25,566 nucleotides of DNA, taken from positions 1 through 25,566 of the forward strand of contig NIVC01003833.1 of assembly GCA_002269645.1 (NCBI GenBank), in the 5' to 3' direction. A program made the position numbers and the translations under genes. Positions 9,701 to 19,856 of this stretch are shown here, one piece after another (position 1 is the first letter of the stretch; each line of letters opens with the position of its first letter). The notes beneath the pieces are model-generated. The model had not been told where the DNA came from. It saw only the letters and a list, made by a program, of their open reading frames with translations, and did not search any database. This DNA comes from Macrostomum lignano. Lineage: Eukaryota.

Positions 9701-12700
9701 AGTTACATCTTTACAACTATTAGAAGCAGTTGATCAGAGAATAAGATGAAATGACGACTAACATCGTAGTGGTCGTTGTAGCAGCAGCCGGTGATTCTGA
9801 GCACCACATCCGTGATCGGCTCGTCAGCGGGCAGACTGTCGTCCTTAAGTTGCCTGACAAACTCCCAGTCGTGAAGAGCGCTTTTCTTCAAGCTAAACTT
9901 CAGCTGACGATCGCGAAGCGTCAGGCCAATGATGGCGTCCTCACTGGCGTCGTCATGCAGGGCCAACCAGACGGCCTGCTCGCAGCCGGGACGGTGCAGG
10001 AAGCTGACCTCCAGGTGGTCGAAGCTGGCGTGCCGCATCGGCAGGCGAGACCGGAGCAGCGTCTCCAGCGTCACCGGCTGATCCGAAGACTTTTCTTCGT
10101 CGAATCTGGGCCGGCTGGCCGCGACCAGCAGGTTGCCCTGCAAAGAGGCTGGCAGGCCAGACACCACGTCGAATGCCTTGGATGCGAAGGTCGGGTAGAC
10201 GCGACAGAAGTGGCGCCACATCTTCGCCACGGTTTTCTTCCACAAGAAGCAGTGCTCGCAGGAGAAGGAGTTCTGGTATCGGTCTATCCAGTCGTGCTGC
10301 GGAAACGGCGCCAGACGGTACCACATGAAGCGCCACTCGGCGTCGGTCATCTGCTTGGCGCGGCACTTGCTGCAGCTCTTGTGGTTGGCGAGTGTCCGGC
10401 CGACCTCCGGTACCGAAAAGGTGTTCTTTAGGCCCGAGTGAAAGCATTCACCGCGGCAGTAGACTCGCAGCTGCGGAGTTGATCCGGTTGGGTCGTGGTC
10501 AATTGGGTTGCGGCCAGTGAGGTTGTGGTCAATTGGGTTGCGGCCAGTGAGGTTGTGGTCAGTTAGGTTGCGGCCATTGAGGTTGTGGTCAATTGGGTTG
10601 CGGCCAGTGAGGTTGTGGTCAGTTGGGTTGTTGTTAGGTATTTGGTTATGATCGGATGGGTTGTGTTCGGTTGGATTGTAGACATTTGGGTTGCGGTAAG
10701 TTGCTGGGTTGCCGTCAGTTGCTGGGTTGGTGCCAGTTAAGTTGTGGTTAGTACTGAGACCACTAATCTACACAACAAACGGCAAACCATTTCTCCTACC
10801 GTCAATTACCTTCGATGGCCCCTCACTCAGATCACCCTTCACCAAACCTTGCCTCACATCTAAATACGCGTTGCACGTCATTACACCATTCATTGCAAAA
10901 TTCTAAGCACCTTAAAGCCTGTATGCACGCATAATTATGATGAAGCAATAATTAATGCTCTATAAAAACGCACCTTGTGATGCAGGTAGGGATACTCGGC
11001 AGCCACGGACTCCAAGGTGGTCAGCAGGTCGCTGAAGCAGGACCAGATGTACTCTTTGAGCGAGTCGCTGTTGGCCCCTGGCACAGTTTCATTCATGCGG
11101 CACTCGAAGTCAATGGAAGACGAAGCCAGGGCTGCGGTGCGGTGCGGATTTTAGGAGTCGTTTTGCAAAGGGAAACACTACTCAGAAGCAGAAAACTACA
11201 AAGCTTATCCCTCCCGTTTAGTGTAGCTGTAGCTGGGTCACGGAATAACAGTGAAGGAAAAAGAAAGATTGAGGCGGCTCATTTATGCATTCCCAATTTA
11301 CGCTCTTGTGGAATAGCTCCATCAATGGACGAACTCTTGGCTTTAACTAATGTTAAATTTACATTAAATACTGAATGCATCTGGACTGCCTAGGAACGAA
11401 ATTATCTCATTCATTTTGGATATCAATTGTCGAAGCAAATGAGATTTCAAACGTGACTTAATAATCATTATTTTAATTATGCCCAGGAAGGAGATGAAAG
11501 CGCGAATTATGGCTGCGGTAACTTGCGATAAGAAGAGATAGGCATGCATTCAGCTTCCCGCAGAATTTTACATCTTTAAAGAGAGAATCGGGACTTTTTG
11601 CTATTCAGCACTGTGGTGGAGTCGCTTTGGGCGCTGCCGTGGATCAAGCGGAGGACCCTTCAGACCCTTCAGCGCAGGCATACTATTTTTTATTAAAGGC
11701 AGGGGCTGTGGGCACCCTGGCGCACTTTAAGCGACATTGTCACACAACCGGCGAGAGGCATTGCTGCCCATTCCGCCGACTCCCCTGAGCAGGCACACAA
11801 GCGCGCGGATGCGTACGCAGTGATACGCACAGGCACACAATCACACAGGAGTGTACAGCGGCCCTAACTTTATTTATCGTTAGGCATGTACACTTCACTG
11901 TGCCTTGGGGGTTGTCCATCAAGGACGTTATTTACACGAGCAGAGCCAAGCCGAGATTCCAATTTAGCCCCAAATTAATGCGACTGCACTTGGAATCGAG
12001 CCTGGCACATCAGAGCGCTTCGCTGGACCACCGGGCTACGGCCCCTGCGCTCGCAGGCACACACTCGGCCCTAACCTTTTCGTTGTCAAACATGTACACT
12101 CTCTGTGCCCTTGGGGTCGGGGACGGATGGCCATGGGGCGAGCTTCGCAGCACGAATCAGATTTTTGCGCACGAGTCCCAAATTAATGTGGCCGCGCACA
12201 GAATCGACTTTGAGTTGAACGCATTTGCCGCTGAGCTGCTCTGCCTGCTACACCCAGGGCTCACTCGAATGCAGGCCGTAGGTGCAGAGGATGTCGCAGA
12301 CTCCGCGCTGCACGTGCATCCCGGTGCGCCACACCTGCACCACGCCGGTGGCCACGGGACTCTGCATGCAGGCGGTGGCGAACCTCGCCAGCAGGTTGGC
12401 GGGAAAGCCGACGCGGAACTTCACGGAGAACAGCAGGCAAATATCGCCGGGTGGGAAGTCCTCGGACTGCAGGTCCGGCATGTACATGCTCTTGTGGTGC
12501 CGCATGGAAAGCTTCTCTTCCGTGGCGCTGAATCGGATGGACACGCGGGGCTCCAGGCGCGACCAGAGGAAGTAGCGCCGGCTCGAGGCCTCCGCTGCGT
12601 GCTGAAGGCGGGCGACCCGGCCGGCCTGGGTGGACTCGCGAACCGTGTCCGTGTGGCCGAGCAGGCCGAAGCGAAGGAGGATGCGGCGCAAGGTCTCAGC

Positions 12701-15700
12701 CTGTGGAAGTTTGGTTTTTGCATCGCTAAGCATTAAGTTATTACTAATATGATGGACCCTCGATACCTTAGAAACGTTATGGTCAACGATTTAGTTCATC
12801 AGATTGCTATTTGAAGCCATCTGTGCGCACGTCGCAAACATTAACCAGATGGCTTGTCCGACATCACCAGACACATGAAAACAACTTCATAAACAATAGA
12901 AAAACACGTGCTAAGTCGTTCTAAAGCAAATAAACAGAAAAGCATTTCCAGAGACATACTTCATTTCCGTGGTGGCAGCTTTGAGGAATCACTAGTCAAT
13001 AGTCATACTGTCGCCTTTTGAGCTCTTCAGGAATTAGTATTCATAGCTCACAAAATGCATGACTCACCTCATCCTCGGTGGCTCCGGCAGCCAGCAGTTC
13101 AGCGCGCAGCTCCGCCTCGCTGAGGGCCGGCACATTGCGGCCGAGCGTCCAGCAGCTGTCGCCGTTGCGGTAGTCGGCGATGGCATCGAGATGGGCTAGA
13201 CAGGACATGAACCAGGCCAGGTCCAGCACCACTGGCTGGTTCGTCCCTTCCGGGAAGAAAAGCAGCTTGCCCTGCGATTAAATTTTTAAGAACTGTGATT
13301 TTCTTATCGAGTTTTACTACTCGTAGTAACAAGTACATAGCAGCAAATGAACCCTTTGGAAAGAATTTAAAATTATATACAGATTGCTACTGAATCTATC
13401 AAAATATATGTTATTTTTCTATCCTTCTATTCTTTGGGCAGACCAAGGCGCCGCAGTCCAGCAATCCCGCACCATTTGATGCAGCTTCTTCAGCAGCGCC
13501 ACAGTCCGCCGGCTCTCTCGCTGCGGCAGGCCAAGCTCAGACATCAGCACATTCAGTGGGAAGATTCGCCGCCACGACTGCTGCTGCTGCTGTTGCGACT
13601 GCTGAGCAGCCAGAAAGTCGCTCAGCCGATCAGCCAGTTGCCAGTTGGACTCGGTGAGGCGACGCGTCTCCCACAGCTGCAGCGACTCGGCGGCTGTTCT
13701 GGCCAGTTGGGTCACGTGACGCGCCAGACGATTACTCTGAGGTAGACAGGTGAGGAGGCAAGTGGAAATCGCAAATTGCACATCAAGGCTACAGTTCACC
13801 CGCAGCAGTAAGGAGGGGCAAGCAGTGACGCTCATTCTGACACCTAAGCCTCTAAATTCTACATGCAAGTGAAATAAGGAACGAACTTTGTTATGTTCGA
13901 CTGCTGAAACGAATTACTGTCTGTGATTCGTTTCTCATTTTAGTTTCGTACTGCTCGTTAGTAATAAATCCCTAGAATAGATTTCTCATTCGCTATGGAG
14001 TAATTCTCAATAGTTCCCGCCAGTCTAAACGTCACACAATGTACTCTTACCTCCTTTTCGATTCCCGCTGACTCAGCCACGGCTGCTCCAGCCGGATTCA
14101 GCTCCCGCTCGTGCTCCTTCACCAACAGCAGGTACTTGATCACCGCGTACACGTAGAGCCACATGCAGTTGATAATGTTAAACCACCGTTTCACCTGCGA
14201 GATGAGCGCTGTTTGTAGGAATTATAAATTAAATACGCAGAAGAAAGAATCAACTCTTACAGTTTCTCCAAAGGTCTCCCACTCTGGAACAAGGGCGGTC
14301 AGGTCCGCCAGCAGCTTGGCGTGTCTGCCCGAGAGAGACTCCGTCTGAAAGCGGATTTTTTGGGTTTGACTTAAGACGAATCAGGAAATTTTGGATTAGT
14401 TTACAAAGTGTCTCACAATGTAATTCGTGTCCTTGAAGCGCAACAGAAAGCGCGTCTCCGACACAAGGTTCTTTGCCGTTGGCCAGGCGTCGTCTTCCGT
14501 GAATGGAATGTCGAATATGAGCATAACGCACTTCATTGTGGTCACTACGACGGGTGGAGGAGCCGAAAGGGAGCGCAACTGAAAGAACAGAATGAGCATT
14601 TACAACTGTTGATAATCTGTGCATTCAGATTCAGATTGCATGTCAGATTCAGCTAACACTGACCTCCATGAAGTCCGCCTTGGTGCACCGGTCCAACGCG
14701 TCAATGGCAAACATCTACAAACAAGTAAGCAGTTGTTCTTTGTTTTACAGTACTTGTACCCGTACTGTACTTGAAGTAGTCTATTCCTAAAGCAAATGGC
14801 GAACAAGCAACTTACGTAATCGTGCTCCGCCCAATACTGCACTTGAGCTTGTACGTTGGAGTCCACCTTTACTTCCCGGAGTGTAGTCTCGAATACCTGA
14901 GAATGTTTGAATTCAAATTCCGGTTTAAAAAATCTGGCTCTTTCTGAGCCTAGGTGTCTTTTTGAATACAAGTAGTTTTCATTTGAAGCTCACCCAGTCT
15001 TCATTGAAGCCTTCGACTGGAACGGCAACCAAAGTGATGGGAAAGTGGGTTACATCCGCGCACTGAATCGACTGAACGTAACGCCACTGGTGCGGAAAGT
15101 CCTTGTCGTAGCAACTGAAGTTATGATTGAAGCAGCGTATTTCGTGTCTGAGAGATTATCTGATAGGCTGCTCAGAGCACAAAACGAAACTATTATTCTT
15201 ACCTATTTAAGTGCTCCTTCTCCAAGTGCTCCTTCATGTTGTCTACCTGATCCCTGAGCATGTTTTCCAGGTCGGATTTCAGCGAGGCAACATTCTCAAC
15301 CCCTTTCTGGCTGCTCACCGTCGCGACTAGAAGCAGCGGCGCTTCGAACACCTGCGACGGCGAGGCGCGTGACGATTAATGAAGGCGAAATACCTACGAG
15401 CGCACATTAAATGGACAGATCTGTCAGACTCACCGCTCCACGAACTGCGTCAATCATTCGCATAATTTCTAGCTGGGGATTCTCTGTGCGCTCCGCATCC
15501 ACTACCAGCACGAAACCGGCTGTGTTGGACATGAACAGCGAGCTGTACACCTGAGCAAGGGGTTTGGCGAAAAGTAATTGGGGACTAAGTACGATTCTAA
15601 ACATTTGAAAATCGTCCTCATCTGCGATGCCTATGGTCAAGCACAGGCTAAACTATTTAAACAAATTCATAGATTTGACAAGGTTTTGAATTAGGCAAGA

Positions 15701-18226
15701 CCTAATGATCTCTTTAAGGCACTGTGCCCTGCGTGCTATACGCTTTAATATTTTATTGCAAATATATATTAATAACTTTCGATCATTGCACTTATTTAGA
15801 GAGGCTTGAAGCCTACGTAGTAAGAGCGTCGGACTCAAGACTGAAAGGTCGGGGGTTGGATTCTCGACCCACTCGGAACAATTTGTGTCCTTGAGCAGGA
15901 CACTTAACTCTGCATTGCTTCAGTTCACCCAGCTGTAAAATGGGTGCCAGCATTAGCTGGGGTAACTGAGGGGGTGTGTATGGCGACCCCCCCCCCAGTC
16001 CGTGCTTGCTCGTGGGATCGACACACGCAAGGCTATCAAAACACGCTTGAATTCACTTCACCCAGTTTAACACTCCTTTCACTTGACCAGTGCACTTACT
16101 AGGTCTGCGCGCATCTCGAACACAGTCAGGTCCAGGTCGCCAACAGTGGCTGAGAGCGCTCGAAAAGTCGGTGGGGGCTGCACAGACGACGTTACCGCCG
16201 ATTTTGACGACGACGGCCTCGACTTGGAGCTGGAAGATGGCTGAGCTCCGCCCACCGCGCCTGGTAGAGCTAGGGCGCCAATGCTGACGGTTACGGCCGG
16301 GTCGCAGATGATGGCCAGCTTCACTGGTAGGCGAGCGATGGTGGACACCGGTCCTGGCGTGTGGGGGGACAGCAAGTGGGTTCTTGGCAAAAAAGTAGTC
16401 AAATTTCGCCTTGATTTTCGGCAGTTCCCAAAGCCCGCACTGCGAACTAACAAAGTAAACTGACATCATCATGTTCGTTTACAAACAACATAACATTTTC
16501 CTGTCTGATCAATGCTCTCCATAGATAGTCCCAACTCTATAAGTAATCTGATATGATGCACGTTACCAAGGGCAGCTATATTTGATCCGATGCCCAGTTA
16601 CAACAGGCACAGCAGCAAAAATTCTAAGAGAAGTTTTCCCTATGCATATATTCTAGTTATAGTCGATTTTTTCCATGCAGAGCCCGTTATAAAAGCTACC
16701 TGTCAGTCCATAGCCCAAACGTTTAACACAACAGCTGGGAAACAATCATTCGGGACTGGAGTCCTGCTTGAGCCCACCCTAAATGACCTGTTGTCCTCGG
16801 GCACAAATTTGATTTCTCCTCACTTTGTCTAGCTATTACAGTGTAAGTCTACCGAAACCGACCTCCCAATTGGAACTTATAGCTCGACTTGCGAGTGTAG
16901 CAGCGTCCTACATGCACTTTTGCTGCTCATGTTAAGTAGCTCTTAAGCAATGGCACTCACCGTCGATAAACTGACACGCCGGATCGCTCAGAACTTGAAA
17001 ACCGAGCTGCCTGGAGCCGCAGTGTGTCAGTCCGGTGCCCAGCATGCTGACAGACTTCAGGTCTCGACAGTGCTTTCCCAGGTAATGCAGACTTCTTTCA
17101 GTGAGCAGCCGGCAGCCGTCAAGGTTAAGCTGCTGAAGGCGGGGGAACGCGCGGGCCAGGTGAGCCATGCCGTCATCCCGAAGGTGCCGGCAACCAGCGC
17201 AGGAGACTCGAGCAACTCGGACTCTGGCCTCGTCTGGCACGGATGTTTCCAGCAGGTGAAACACCTCATCAGTTAGCTGTTCTATGCCGTCAAAATCAAG
17301 GTGAAACTCTACGCCTTTCTCGCCGAACCAAGTTGGTAGTTTTGCCTGCGTAAGGCGGTTTTATGGATCGTTAATGTAGCATGTCCACGGCACATTTATT
17401 ATACCCGTTAGACTTTTTATGACGTCATTATTGTAACAGTTGGACTGTCTATGACCTCGATATATTGTACCAGTTGGACTGTCTATGGCATCGATATTGT
17501 TACCAGTTGGACTGTCCATGAAATTGATATTGTACCAGTTGGACTGTCAACGACATTGATATTGTACAAGTTAGAATGCCTATGACATTGATATTGTACT
17601 AGTTTGACTATCTGTGACATTGATATTGTAAGTTGGACGGTCTGTGGCATCGATATTGTACCAGGTAGACTGTCTATGGCTGGTTTGATGTACCATGCAG
17701 GTTTATGGTACCAATCCTGTTTATTGCCAGCAAACTTTTAAGAATCCACGCCAAGGATCTTTGCTATTGTGAAAACTGTATCGTTAATTTTACCATCTGA
17801 TCTTATATTCAATATATCTTTATTTAACCTTCATATCGTTTGTAATGCTACAGTGATAAGTGCAATACTACTTCTAGTAGTACAATTTGATTCATAGAAG
17901 CAAATTCTGCAATCAAGCCAGTCAGGCGAGTCTACCGTAATCACATCTGCGGATTGACTGCGTGCGCATGCTTTTATAAATCACGCGTGAAGGTATAATG
18001 CCAAAATATTATTAGAGGAAGCCTTGTCAATATGCAATACATGTGTAAATAAGTATTCTAAATATAGTACTCGCTGCGCTAAAACAAGGCTTTGACCGCA
18101 TCCATTCAAACATAAAGAGCCAATCAAATCGTACAAACTCACCAACAGCTTTCTAAGCGGGATCTGCTCCTGCACCTCCAGCTCATTGTAGAAATGTTCA
18201 AAGTTTATTAGCTTCACTGCAGACAT
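6742..18226 (-). CDS. ROCO-like protein 2 (~1450 aa): Cys-containing LRR, degenerate Roc with dynein MTBD-like insertion, COR, uncharacterised C-terminal domains
   Basis: Phase-consistent GT-AG exons with no internal stops: 18226-18143, 17345-16961, 16639-16567, 16439-16100, 15550-15434, 15351-15203, 15147-14994, 14896-14816, 14714-14664, 14578-14417, 14344-14261, 14194-14051, 13736-13473, 13271-13068, 12700-12265, 11131-10974, 10470-9763, 8256-8092, 7797-7578, 7485-7394, (7221-7180), 6982-6742. These sum to 4354 nt. The terminal exon is uncertain, possibly 6701-6694 (AT AAT TAA). Exons 3 and 21 are the least certain. Confidence 0.8.
8325..9535. repeat. Minisatellite, 30/31-bp unit (CAAAATGGTCTGGGACTGCACTAGCATCCGC), about 39 copies, in a ROCO2 intron
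   Basis: Near-identical head-to-tail units with no spacers. Confidence 0.97.
9763..10470 (-). CDS. ROCO2 exon 17: Cys-rich end of COR plus a beta-rich, weakly SPRY-like region
   Basis: 708-nt open phase 0-0 exon (ccgcag acceptor, GAT|gttagt donor) extending ORF 9703..10350 upstream. It contains CRGEC, CSKC and CEHC motifs. Confidence 0.75.
10495..10630. repeat. Minisatellite, 30-bp unit (AATTGGGTTGCGGCCAGTGAGGTTGTGGTC), about 4.5 copies, decaying to ~10730
   Basis: Visible tandem copies in the ROCO2 intron between exons 16 and 17. Confidence 0.9.
10974..13736 (-). CDS. ROCO2 exons 13-16: COR domain (COR-A and COR-B)
   Basis: COR-A-like: LLKKLHQM|GKLLFF..VVLDLAWFMSCL and ETLRRILLRFGLL. COR-B-like: KFRVGFPANLLARF..VWRTGMHV and LTTLESVAAEYPYL..VYC. 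Confidence 0.8.
11684..12245 (-). mobile_element. Tandem dimer of tRNA-derived SINE family B units
   Basis: Two units with ~207-bp periodicity (CGGCCCTAAC at 11859 and 12066; CCAAATTAATG at ~11971 and 12178). The unit starting at 12045 has A-box TAGCCCGGTGG, B-box GGCTCGATTCC and an A-rich end near 11690. Confidence 0.6.
14051..14714 (-). CDS. ROCO2 exons 9-12: dynein heavy chain stalk / microtubule-binding-domain-like module
   Basis: The spliced sequence AIDALDRCTKADFMELRSLSAPPPVVVTTMKCVMLIF..DAWPTAKNLVSETRFLLRF..ESLSGRHAKLL..VPEWETFGETVKRWFNIINCMWLYVYAVIKY matches the dynein stalk-head consensus (A..AL..I.K.D..E.RS...PP..V......V..LL....W..AK......F...L ... P.F..E.V.R.S.....M..WV.A...Y). 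Confidence 0.82.
15203..16439 (-). CDS. ROCO2 exons 4-6: Roc-like G-domain with degenerate nucleotide-binding motifs
   Basis: PVKLAIICDPAVTVSIGALAL (beta1/G1 position), DLDLTVFEMRADL|VYSSLFMSNTAGFVLVVD (G3 to beta4) and APLLLVATVSS (beta5/G4) follow the order of elements in Roc. Confidence 0.7.
15801..16001 (+). mobile_element. CORE-type tRNA-derived SINE, family A, copy 1 (intronic, antisense to ROCO2)
   Basis: tRNA-like head followed by TGTGTCCTTGAGCAGGACACTTAACTCTGCATTGCTTCAGTTCACCCAGCTGTAAAATGGG, which resembles the CORE/MIR core. Nearly identical to 25037-25232. Confidence 0.85.
16961..17345 (-). CDS. ROCO2 exon 2: Cys-containing (FBXL/AMN1-type) leucine-rich repeats
   Basis: LDFDGIEQLTDEVF, VSCAGCRHLRDDGMAHL, LQQLNLDGCRLLTERSLHYL and LKSVSMLGT fit the LxxLxLxxCxxLTDxxL pattern. 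Confidence 0.85.
17430..17680. repeat. Degenerate minisatellite, ~32-bp unit (TTGTACCAGTTGGACTGTCTATGACATTGATA), about 8 copies, in ROCO2 intron 1
   Basis: Visible tandem copies with several substitutions. Confidence 0.9.
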
Positions 18227-19856
18227 TACAATTGCATTGTTGCAACTTTTTTTCAAATAAAATTTGCTTGATCAGAAATTTAACCACACAAGTGAGTGAG
18301 AATATTTGGCTTTAAACCTCATAATTTTTTTCACTCGTTTAGAAGGACAAAAAACGGTTCAAGATGAACTATTTCGGCTGAGTTCTCACAAAAAGACTAT
18401 TTTTAGCTTAGCTTGTAATTTGGTATAATAAAAAAAATATATATACGAGCGTATTTACCTACTTTAAGCTAGTAGCATATTATTATTGCTACACATTTTA
18501 CTCATTTTGTACATGAGTATTGAAATTTGTTTTATAAAGTTATACCAAATTACAAAATTTTGAATAATTTGGTTAAATTTTTAGACAATAAAAATAGAAA
18601 TTAGTGTGCATTAGTAGTATTTATTCATGCAGTGCTTTATTTGACAATCTTATAAAGCATCGGCTTATCTGTTTTTATTGAATACATTGCAGTTAAATTT
18701 TAATCCAATTCGTACCTACAACCAAAAGCTACAAGCAATTTTTAGTTAAAATGATTCAATAGTAAGTTGCAAAAATTCGTTTTTTGTCGCTGTCACTAAC
18801 CAGTCAAAACTGTTTGATATAAAAAAACAATAAGAAATATTAAAATTTAAAACTTGCTTATACTATAGCATCTAATTTAATTACTCTCGTAGTCTCGTTG
18901 TATGCATTCTGTTCTTTGAAATGTTAATAAGTATATACTATATAAGCTGCAGCTAAATAGCTAATGAGCACAGAAACCATAGGAAAAGATACAAGTTTTG
19001 AAGCGCAATAAATTATGAGCCACAACCTTCAGTGTTAAAAAACCGAGGGGATAGTTTCAATATCCAAGTAAAAGTTCGACAGCCAGATAATCCACTTATT
19101 TGTCTGATAATATCGAATACAAATGCGGAGTATCTCTAAAAAACAGTAACATGAAAAAGCAAACGAAATTTAATATAGATTTTTCTTGAAGCTGAAATGG
19201 TGGGAGGACGCCGTGAGAAAAACTGCCATGCAATTGATAAAGATTAAAAACCATTGTGGATTTTAGGAAATAAGGGTGCATTTTTTTATTTTAAATTTTT
19301 TCTTGTAAATAGAAATTTCTTTGCTTCACTTGAATGGAGCTAGTAAAAATTGTTTTAATATACTACAGTCCATCCAATCCGTCTAATTGCATATTAATGA
19401 AACGAAAGAAATGTGGAAATTTTCAATACGTATTTTATCATGTTAGTTAAGTTATTTCGAAAATTTAAAGTTCTAAAAATTAAAATTTATAGTTTTTCAA
19501 CAATTACTTCGAGCTACATTGCGTCTTCTTCTCAATTCAGAATAACGTTAAGTTGAATACATGCATTTTACATGACGTAAAATAGAATATACTTTCTTTG
19601 ACTCGGGGTCCTGTAACAAACTCATCTAAACTGATATACTGTCAAAAGTTCAAACCTAGAACATACATGTATATGCTGCATTTTGCATGATATACTGCAG
19701 TGCATCTATACTTTTAGCCACGTACGTATGTGATGCATACTATCAGAACTCTCCGATTCTATTTTGATCGGTATCAACTTTCAGTTTATAGCTTATTACT
19801 ACATGTACATGAAATTGCTTGCGAACCAAAAAATGGCGGATTTTTATTGTGCAATA

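Noticed and set aside
9751-10431. Long plus-strand ORFs (also 11900-12736, 16950-17276, 21942-22622) and minus-strand ORFs inside the TTL gene
   Set aside because: They are antisense shadows of GC3-rich exons and contain no recognisable motifs.
14051-14714. Fragment of a dynein heavy chain gene
   Set aside because: There are no AAA modules or long stalk coiled coils on either side. The exons splice in frame to Roc-like and COR exons.
18300-19700. AT-rich block as a foreign insertion
   Set aside because: No ORFs, termini or repeats. Consistent with ordinary intergenic or promoter DNA upstream of ROCO2.
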